From Lyngbya sp. HA4199-MV5 (GTDB lineage: Bacteria > Cyanobacteriota > Cyanobacteriia > Leptolyngbyales > Leptolyngbyaceae): a DNA stretch of 64,000 nt. Under the pieces are notes generated by a model, which was not told the DNA's origin, searched no databases, and saw only the letters and a list, made by a program, of their open reading frames with translations. Location of the stretch: the NCBI GenBank assembly GCA_019359375.1, contig JAHHHL010000030.1, forward strand, positions 14,341 through 78,340. Reading direction: 5' to 3'. Positions 1-7,187 of this stretch are shown here, piece by piece (position 1 is the first letter of the stretch; every line of letters begins with the position of its first letter). Made by a program: the position numbers and the translations under genes.

Positions 1-102
1 GCCGTGTGTTGGGGCTTCAATTCCTGTGAAGTTCTAGCGGCGCAAAGCCCGGATGCTCTGATTCTGCAACCTACTGAGCTGGCGAATGCTACGATGCTCT
101 AG
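1..102 (+). CDS. 3' end of HAD-family hydrolase (phosphoglycolate phosphatase-like), partial at window edge
   Basis: Frame 1 reads AVCWGFNSCEVLAAQSPDALILQPTELANATML*, resembling the 'V.WGFN....L....PD.LI..P.EL' C-terminus of HAD hydrolases; not in the ORF track. Confidence 0.65.
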   Translation, partial: AVCWGFNSCEVLAAQSPDALILQPTELANATML

Positions 103-373
103 CGATGAGTTCTGTTAATTTTGGTTTGTTCAAATCACGTTTGAACTATTAGACGTTTCAGACGATTTACAGCAGAGCTGTTTCATTCTAGTGAGCAAGT
201 GTGATTGGCAACGGCTTTGTAGCGAATGAAGCGAATAAATGATCTTTGACTAGCGAAGGTAGACATCTGTTTCATCCGTTTGCCATCCGTTGCCAGCGTT
301 CTAGCAGCAGAATGAAAGCTGAGTTTAATGTTGTACTTTGGTGCATCAATCGTTTGGTTACTCAGTCTTCTGG

Positions 374-1084
374 TTACTCAATCAATCCGGGTGGTGGGGT
401 GATTTCGATGCGGCGTTGTTGGAGATCGACCACAGGCACGATCGCTTCAACAAAGGGAATCAACACTGTGGGCGCTTTCTTGTCTGCTGCTTGCCCAACG
501 CGCTGTACTTCTAAAAGATCATTGCCTGCCTGAATGATGCTGCTCACGGTGCCAACGAGCGTCTGCGTTGCCTGATCAAAAACTTCTAAGCCGATTAAAT
601 CCAAAATGTGGAATTCGCCCTCTTCTAACGGCGGTCGATCGCCTGCTTGCACCAATAAGGGACAGTCACGCAAGGCTTCTGCCTGGGTGCGATCGGACAC
701 GCCTGCAAACTGCACCACATACAAACCTTTGCCATCCAGGTAGCGCCCACGGATTAGCTCGATCGGTTCTGGAGGGGTGGAGGGCGATCGCACTAGCCAG
801 CGCGTTCCCGGTTCCAAAAAGCGTTCTGGAAAGTCCGATTCTGGGTACACGCGCACTTCGCCCTTCATGCCTTGAGCGGCGACGATTTTGCCGATGGGGA
901 GGAAGTGCAGGGTGTAGGGTGTAGGGTGTAGGGTTTGGGGTACAGACTTTTTGTCGTCGGCTTTTTGCTTTTTGCTGGCGGCTTTTTTGCTGCGGACTTT
1001 TGCCTTTTTGCGGAGGTCTCCGGTGCTGCTGGTTTCGGTTTGGCGGGTTTGGGTAGGCTCTACATCTGAGGGATGATCATTCAC
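374..1084 (-). CDS. rimM: Ribosome maturation factor RimM with Lys-rich/STRR N-terminal extension
   Basis: [44 protein letters not shown] motifs; GTG start overlaps avtA stop (GTGA). Confidence 0.93.
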   Translation of the reverse strand: MNDHPSDVEPTQTRQTETSSTGDLRKKAKVRSKKAASKKQKADDKKSVPQTLHPTPYTLHFLPIGKIVAAQGMKGEVRVYPESDFPERFLEPGTRWLVRSPSTPPEPIELIRGRYLDGKGLYVVQFAGVSDRTQAEALRDCPLLVQAGDRPPLEEGEFHILDLIGLEVFDQATQTLVGTVSSIIQAGNDLLEVQRVGQAADKKAPTVLIPFVEAIVPVVDLQQRRIEITPPPGLIE

Positions 1085-2379
1085 GCTGTCACCGCTGGTT
1101 GCTGGTTACGTTCTGACAGTTGATACACGCGCTCGACAACAGTGGCTAGGCGTTTCATAGCGGTTTCAAGCTCATGAACGCTCCCTGTGAGGCTAATGCG
1201 GAGGCACTGGCGGGTATGTTCCCACTCATCGCGCAAGCCGGGGAAGAACGAGCTACCGGGGACGGCAATCACGCCAACTTGTTTCAATTCCTGGTAAAAC
1301 TCCCAATCGGTCATGGGCAAGTTTTTGAGCCACAGCCAGGTAAAAATCGCTCCCTCACCACGATGGAGAAACCAGGGCACATCGGGCATTGCCTGGTCGA
1401 GCGTGGCTTCCACAATCTGCACTTTGGCTTGATAAAAAGGACGAATGACATTTGCGGCAATATCTGCCAGCGCGCCGGAACGAATGGCACGGGCAGCGAT
1501 CGCCTGTCCATAGCGGGGCGAGTGGATGCACATGTTGGTCTGGAAGCACTCCAGCACCTGGATCAATTGCTCGTCGCCGATCGCAATGCCAATCCGTTCT
1601 CCGGGCAGCCCAGCTTTCGAGAGGCTCATGCAGTGCAGAATGTTGTCCCCAAAGAGCGGAGTCATCGCGGTGAAGTTGAGCGCTGGAAACGGTGGCGCAT
1701 AGGCAGAATCGATTAACACTGGTACATCGTAGGGTGCTGCTAAGGCGGCGATTTTCTGCACCTCGTCGTCGGTGAGCACATTACCTGTGGGGTTGCAGGG
1801 ACGAGAAAACAGGACACAGCCCGTATCTTCAGCAATTTCAAGTTGGCTAAAATCGGGACGATATTTAAACCGATGGGTAGCAGCATCAATATCTAGCGCT
1901 GGCTTATAAGCAAACAGCGATTCTGGCGTGAGCGCTACTCCTCCATACCCTGTATAGTCTGGACTGAGCGGCAAGACAACTTTTTTCAGCGTTCTGTCAG
2001 CGGTGTAGCCACCAAAAGCGTTGGCAGCGTAAAAATACAGGCTTTGGCTTCCGGGAGTGATCAGCACGTTGCGCTCCGTCAACTGCAAGCCGTACCGCTG
2101 GTTAAAGTCATCCACCACGGCATCAATCAGCGGCTGATAGCCCTGACTGGCACCATAGCGACACACCACTTCACCATATTCAGTGCTTGCCAGTAAGTCG
2201 GCGGTGCAGTCTCGCCACAGTTGTTCGACTTCAGGCAGTATCAGCGGATTGCCCGCGCTCAAGTTGATGAATTCTCGCCCTGCACCCGATCGCAGCGTTT
2301 CCACAATATCTTTCATAATCGCCCGCACTCCAGTCAGGCGAGACATATCGTTGCCAAGTTGCGTAAGGGCAGGCTTCAT
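1081..2379 (-). CDS. avtA: Valine--pyruvate aminotransferase
   Basis: PLP class I fold: [28 protein letters not shown]; N-terminus [14 protein letters not shown] typical of cyanobacterial AvtA. Confidence 0.9.
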   Translation of the reverse strand: MKPALTQLGNDMSRLTGVRAIMKDIVETLRSGAGREFINLSAGNPLILPEVEQLWRDCTADLLASTEYGEVVCRYGASQGYQPLIDAVVDDFNQRYGLQLTERNVLITPGSQSLYFYAANAFGGYTADRTLKKVVLPLSPDYTGYGGVALTPESLFAYKPALDIDAATHRFKYRPDFSQLEIAEDTGCVLFSRPCNPTGNVLTDDEVQKIAALAAPYDVPVLIDSAYAPPFPALNFTAMTPLFGDNILHCMSLSKAGLPGERIGIAIGDEQLIQVLECFQTNMCIHSPRYGQAIAARAIRSGALADIAANVIRPFYQAKVQIVEATLDQAMPDVPWFLHRGEGAIFTWLWLKNLPMTDWEFYQELKQVGVIAVPGSSFFPGLRDEWEHTRQCLRISLTGSVHELETAMKRLATVVERVYQLSERNQQPAVTA

Positions 2380-2445
2380 AAGATGGGTTGGAGGTACGTG
2401 AGCGTTGATCTTATATCCTACCGAATTGCAGGGACGGTGTGGTAG

Positions 2446-2600
2446 AGGGATGAAGGCAGAGGGCAGGAGGCAGAAGGCAGGAGGCAGAGGGAGTTTTTAG
2501 TTTTTGGTTGTTGGTTGTTAGAAGGAGTGAGGCAAGGCTCATGCACTAACAACTAACAACTAACAACCAACAACTCTTAAGCTGACCGCTGACCGCTTCT
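2446..2600 (+). repeat. Composite STRR element copy A: (GAAGGCA/GAGGGCA)n-(GTTTTTA/GTTGTTG)n-26 bp core-(TAACAAC)n
   Basis: Core GAAGGAGTGAGGCAAGGCTCATGCAC at 2521-2546 between complementary heptamer arms. Confidence 0.85.
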
Positions 2601-2712
2601 CCCAAGTAAAGCGATGGCACGATCGCAGAAACCAACCTTGTGGAAGATGTATTGATATACTCACACCTATATCCTTTGTCGTAGGATTTCAAACTCGTAT
2701 GGAGTGTGATCG

Positions 2713-2919
2713 ATGAATATATTAATGGTTGCGGATGCTGCTAGTACAGGAATGCAGTTTCCCGTTTCTTTTACAGTTGTTTACGTGGTTGGGTTTATTG
2801 CAGCGGTATCGATCGGCTCGATCGCCTGGTATAACTCTAAGCGCCCCCCCGGTTGGGAAGGTAAGGAGCGCCCTGATGCTATACCTGAAGTGAAAAAAGA
2901 AGAAACCCCTGGTCTGTAG
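2713..2919 (+). CDS. psb35: Photosystem II assembly protein Psb35
   Basis: Single TM helix followed by GSIAWYNSKRPPGWEGKERP motif. Confidence 0.8.
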   Translation: MNILMVADAASTGMQFPVSFTVVYVVGFIAAVSIGSIAWYNSKRPPGWEGKERPDAIPEVKKEETPGL

Positions 2920-2960
2920 TGAACAAATTTAGTCTTTAATGGCTGAAATTGAACTGGCTG

Positions 2961-3000
2961 GCAGCTATCGGTCTAAGAGAGCAGGCTGATAGCTGTTTCT
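2961..3000 (+). terminator. Probable intrinsic terminator after psb35
   Basis: CAGCTATCGG...CTGATAGCTG stem followed by TTTCT. Confidence 0.55.
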
Positions 3001-3066
3001 GCGTTTTGACTGGTGAATCACGGCGAAAATAGCCCCACTGGTTGGAAAGGCTAGAAGTTGGAAAGT

Positions 3067-3198
3067 CTAGGGGCTGTCATCAATTACGACTACACATCCC
3101 TTGCAGCAAGGGTTTCAGCCCCTAGCTTGGTGTGTTAAGACGGGCGCGCTGATGCTGATAGCGCAAGGTTTCGGAGCTGAATTGATGACGCGCCCTAG
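3067..3198. mobile_element. MITE family A, copy 1 (~130 bp, CTAG-flanked, IS5/IS427-like ends)
   Basis: Ends CTAGGGCTGTCATCAATT / AATTGATGACGCGCCCTAG; homologous copy at 21920-22049 and right-end fragment at 54174-54198. Confidence 0.85.
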
Positions 3199-3337
3199 AA
3201 GCAAGACGAGATCTGCATTTCTCCTTCTGCCCTCTGCCTTCGTACTTCTGCCTTCTTTCGTACTTCTGCCTTCTGGCACTGGCATCTTTTTCAACGGCAT
3301 TGTCCTTGTTAGCAGGGCACAGTTGACACAGTTAAAC

Positions 3338-3763
3338 CTACGAATTTAGAGTTGAAACCCAGCGCTGGTAGACATTGCGAATGGCTGCTAGCACCGGGCG
3401 ATGGCTTGCTTCAGAAGCTGTGCTTGCAGGGTCTAACTGTTGCAAATTGGTGAGCATCTTTGCTTCAGCCGTATCGACAATGCCATCGCTGTAAATGAGT
3501 CCGCTGATCGCTTCAATGAGTTGTTGGCACCCTTCTGATGTGGGTCGATCGCCCAAGTAATCGTTGACCCATCCGTAGCATTCTTCTGGTTTGACTGGGC
3601 GAAATTCGTGCAGCAACGGCTGAATTTCTGGCTCACTTTCCAGTCCTTTTTCTTGTGCAATGCGATGCAAGTATTGACGCTCTTCTGGCTGAATCTGACC
3701 ATCGAGCCAAGCAACACCAATCAGAATTTTAAGCAGCATTTTTACGTCAGGGGTTGATGCCAT
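3338..3763 (-). CDS. TerB-family (tellurite resistance-like) protein
   Basis: LIGVAWLDGQIQPEERQYL and LIEAISGLIYSDG..DTAEAKML TerB-like motifs; alternative upstream start at 3799. Confidence 0.75.
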   Translation of the reverse strand: MASTPDVKMLLKILIGVAWLDGQIQPEERQYLHRIAQEKGLESEPEIQPLLHEFRPVKPEECYGWVNDYLGDRPTSEGCQQLIEAISGLIYSDGIVDTAEAKMLTNLQQLDPASTASEASHRPVLAAIRNVYQRWVSTLNS

Positions 3764-3858
3764 TGGTCTATAGAAGGTAAGGGGTAAAGTGCGGTTCACG
3801 AGTGCAGGTTATTTTCCCTACACCCTACACCCTCTACCCCACCCCCACATATCACCCC

Positions 3859-5334
3859 TTAACGCTTCTTTAAGCGCGCCATGAAAAACCCATCCATCTT
3901 GTGCTGATGTGACCACACCTTGACCCAGCCCTCAGTTGTAACGAAAGCAGCGGGAGGGGAAGTGGCTTCTGGCGGGTCGATCGCCCATTCAGAATGGCAT
4001 TCAAGAAATCTTTGCACGATCGCCTCATTTTCTTGTGGATGTAACGTGCAGGTCGCGTAAACCAGCATGCCAGAAGGTTTCACCCAGGAGGCGGCTTGCT
4101 CCAATAATTCGGCTTGCAGTTGAGTCAATTGCTGTACCGTTTCGGGCGTTTGTCGCCAACGAGCGTCGGCATGACGATGCAAGGTGCCTAACCCAGAGCA
4201 TGGCGCATCTACCAGTACCCGATCGCATTGCCCTATAAATTGCGGCAGATTGCGACTATCACCTTCACAAAGCTGAAGCGATCGCACCCCTAGGCGATCA
4301 GCATTTTGCTTGAGCTTGCGGAGACGAGAAGCCGCGCGATCGCACGCCCAGATCACACCCTGATCCTGCATCAACTCCGCCAGATGCATCGTTTTGCCAC
4401 CCGGTGCAGCGCAGGCATCCACTACGATGTCTCCCGGTTTGGGATCGACCAGATAGCCCACCAGTTGCGCGCTACTGTCTTGCACCAGCCACCATCCTTC
4501 GGCGAACCCTGGTAACTGCTGCATCGCTCCAGACGCATTAGGAAGTCTCAATGCCTGCGGCAAATGAGGCACCCGACTCACCGCAATCCCTGCACTGTGC
4601 ATGGCGGCTTCAACGGTTTCAATGGCTGCTCGTAGCGTATTCACCCGTAGATCAATGTGCGGCGGCTGGTTCATCCACTGACACAACTGCTCCGTTGCCT
4701 CAATTCCCAATTGCTCCAGCCATACATCCACAATCCAATTGGGGTAGCTGTGCAAAACACCCAGGCGATCGATCGAAGGATAAAGGCTTAAGGATAAAGG
4801 ATCAACAAAACGGTCAGAATCTTCTCGATTGTTCTCTGCTTCCTGCCTTCTGCCTTCTGCCTCCTGCCCCCTGCCCTCTGCCTTCTGCCCCCTGTCCCCT
4901 GCCCCCTGCCCCCTACCGCCACTCCCCACTCCCCTATCTTCCTCCCTCAACCGCACATACTGTCGCAACACCCCATTCACAAACCCCGTTAGCCCCGCAA
5001 ACCCATTTTGTTTCGCCAGATCAACCGTTGTATTCACAGCAGCAGAGGCAGGCACCTGATTCAAGTAGCGCAGTTGATATAACCCCAAATGCAGAATGGT
5101 ACGCAGATCAGCAGGCTGTTGCTGGGCAGGCTTCTTGGCGAGTTGGTCAATGAGGGCATCCAGGGTGCGCTGACGACGAATGCTGCCGTACACCAACTCA
5201 GTCAACAAGCGACGATCGGGCAGGCTACTCAGCTTTGCCTGATGCAGAATTTGATCCAGAGCAACATCGGCGAAGGCTCCTCGCTGTACCGATCGCAGCG
5301 CTAAAAAAGCCAACTGACGAGGATTTTGAGTCAC
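3859..5334 (-). CDS. rsmB: 16S rRNA m5C967 methyltransferase RsmB with in-frame repeat insertion
   Basis: NusB-like N-terminus, DACAAPGGKT, VLVDAPCSGLG, YATCTL motifs; ~50-aa G/E/R/Q insert at ~4780-4945. Confidence 0.95.
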   Translation of the reverse strand: MTQNPRQLAFLALRSVQRGAFADVALDQILHQAKLSSLPDRRLLTELVYGSIRRQRTLDALIDQLAKKPAQQQPADLRTILHLGLYQLRYLNQVPASAAVNTTVDLAKQNGFAGLTGFVNGVLRQYVRLREEDRGVGSGGRGQGAGDRGQKAEGRGQEAEGRRQEAENNREDSDRFVDPLSLSLYPSIDRLGVLHSYPNWIVDVWLEQLGIEATEQLCQWMNQPPHIDLRVNTLRAAIETVEAAMHSAGIAVSRVPHLPQALRLPNASGAMQQLPGFAEGWWLVQDSSAQLVGYLVDPKPGDIVVDACAAPGGKTMHLAELMQDQGVIWACDRAASRLRKLKQNADRLGVRSLQLCEGDSRNLPQFIGQCDRVLVDAPCSGLGTLHRHADARWRQTPETVQQLTQLQAELLEQAASWVKPSGMLVYATCTLHPQENEAIVQRFLECHSEWAIDPPEATSPPAAFVTTEGWVKVWSHQHKMDGFFMARLKKR

Positions 5335-5379
5335 GAAAGATGCGGAAGAACACTGTTCTCAGGATAACAGGATGGCTGA

Positions 5380-5944
5380 GAGTGAACCCATCACGCAGGC
5401 GATCGTGCTGCTACTGTCACCCTCAAAGCCTCATGCGATCGAAACATCTTTCGCTGTCGGCTTAACGCACCATTAATACAGCGTCATTAAAATGTAGCAG
5501 CTAGATCCAACACTATTGCTCAACAATACTGCACTTCGCCCGCTAGCACCTTTTACAGCAGCAAAAGCGCCAGCGCAACTGCTTCATCAGGTAGTTCAGC
5601 AAGTCAGTAAGATAGAATCAGCACAGCAGCGACAGCAGATTTCTGTTTATACGCAACTCTTAGTGGGATTACGCTTTAAGAAAGAGCTGGTGAAGCAGAT
5701 ATTGCAGGAGGACATGATGCGGGAGTCCGTCATTGACCAAGAGATTCTTCAAGAAGGACGGCAGGAAGAAGGTGTTACCCTGGTTCTGCGTCAATTAACG
5801 CGGCGATTTGGCACGCTTGATGCTGCCGTGCGATCGCAAATTGCCACCTTACCCCGACCGCTTCTAGAAGACCTGGGTGAAGACTTGCTCGACTTTACCG
5901 CACTCACAGATTTAGTTGACTGGCTGCAACGGCATCAGCCTTGA
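5380..5944 (+). pseudogene. Rpn/YhgA-like putative transposase-nuclease remnant with C-terminal DUF4351-type domain
   Basis: Frame continues upstream of ORF 5516 through TAA 5474-5476 and TAG 5495-5497 (H*YSVIKM*QLDP vs typical HRYRVIRMWEQDP); C-terminus LVLRQLTRRFG...LEDLGEDLLDF..L.DL..WL; N-terminal part missing. Confidence 0.7.
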
Positions 5945-5959
5945 TTGAGACGGCATTGC

Positions 5960-7171
5960 ATGGATGAGCCAAAACAAGACCTCTTGCTAACCGTTCACGC
6001 GATCGGTGAACAAGGCTTGCTAAAAATTGTGCAGTCGTTTTGTCCAACGGACGTGATCGGCGATGATGCGGCAGTGCTGACACCTCAGCCAGGGCGATCG
6101 CTCATCGTCACAACCGATATTTTGGTGGATGGCGTACATTTCAGCGACCAAACAACCTCGGCAGAAGATGCAGGTTGGCGAGCCGCCGCCGCAAATCTCT
6201 CTGATCTAGCAGCAATGGGTGCAACGCCTTTAGGCATCACGATCGGCTTGGGGTTACCCGGAGATGTACCAGTAGCGTGGGTTGAAGGACTCTATCGGGG
6301 CGTGTCTGCATGTTTAAGACAGTACAGGAGCACGATCGTGGGCGGTGATCTGTGTCGATCGCCCGTCATCACGATCGCCATTACAGCGTTTGGAGAAGCT
6401 GAGCCAAACCAAATTATCCGTCGTTCCGCCGCCCAACCAGGTGATGCGATCGTCGTTACAGGCTATCACGGTGCCTCTAAAGCTGGATTAGAACTGTTAC
6501 TGCATGCTGAAAACGGTCGATCGCTCAGTGAGGGCGATCGTATTCATCTGATCCAAGCGCACCAGCGTCCCAAGCCTCGACTGGATGTGGTGGCATGGCT
6601 TTGGGGGGAAGGCAGAGGGCAGAAGGCAGAGGGCAGAAGGCAGAAGGCAGGAGGGGAGGCAGAGGGGGCAAGGGAGGCTGGGGAAGCAGAGGCAGTAATG
6701 GGAGAGAGACAGCCTTGGGGCGATGAGGGACAGAATTTAACTCACCCCTTTCCCCTTCCCCCTTCCCCCTTCCCCCTCCCTGCACCCCACACCCTACGCT
6801 CTACACCCCACACCCGCATTGCTGGTATGGACAGCAGCGATGGCTTAGCCGATGCAATCATCCAAATTTGTCGTGCCAGCCATGTAGGAGCTAGCATTGA
6901 GCGCAGTCAGATTCCCATCCCTCCAGCTTTAGCGCAATGGGTCGGTGCAGAGCAAGCGTTGGCATGGGCGTTGTATGGCGGCGAGGATTTTGAGCTAGTA
7001 CTGTGTCTGCCGTTGGAGTGGGCGCAGACGTTGGTACAGAAGGTGGGTGGTAGCGCGGCGATCGTCGGCTCCATTACAGCGACTCCAGACGTTCGGCTTG
7101 TAGATACAATTGGCAACGCACCTGAGCAGCCGTTAACGCTGGAGCGGGGCTTTCAGCACTTTACCGATTAG
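5960..7171 (+). CDS. thiL: Thiamine-monophosphate kinase with in-frame repeat insertion
   Basis: IGDDAAVL, LVDGVHFS, ANLSDLAAMGA, GGDL, GMDSSDGLA, GGEDFELV motifs; ~70-aa insert at ~6603-6815. Confidence 0.95.
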   Translation: MDEPKQDLLLTVHAIGEQGLLKIVQSFCPTDVIGDDAAVLTPQPGRSLIVTTDILVDGVHFSDQTTSAEDAGWRAAAANLSDLAAMGATPLGITIGLGLPGDVPVAWVEGLYRGVSACLRQYRSTIVGGDLCRSPVITIAITAFGEAEPNQIIRRSAAQPGDAIVVTGYHGASKAGLELLLHAENGRSLSEGDRIHLIQAHQRPKPRLDVVAWLWGEGRGQKAEGRRQKAGGEAEGAREAGEAEAVMGERQPWGDEGQNLTHPFPLPPSPFPLPAPHTLRSTPHTRIAGMDSSDGLADAIIQICRASHVGASIERSQIPIPPALAQWVGAEQALAWALYGGEDFELVLCLPLEWAQTLVQKVGGSAAIVGSITATPDVRLVDTIGNAPEQPLTLERGFQHFTD

Positions 7172-7187
7172 CGTTACGCAACCATGC

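Noticed and set aside
128-146. Palindrome GTTCAAA-TCACG-TTTGAAC between convergent genes
   Set aside because: AT-rich 7-bp arms, single copy; cannot distinguish terminator, operator or chance
3101-3349. ORFs overlapping MITE A and STRR
   Set aside because: Translations of repeat DNA, no protein features
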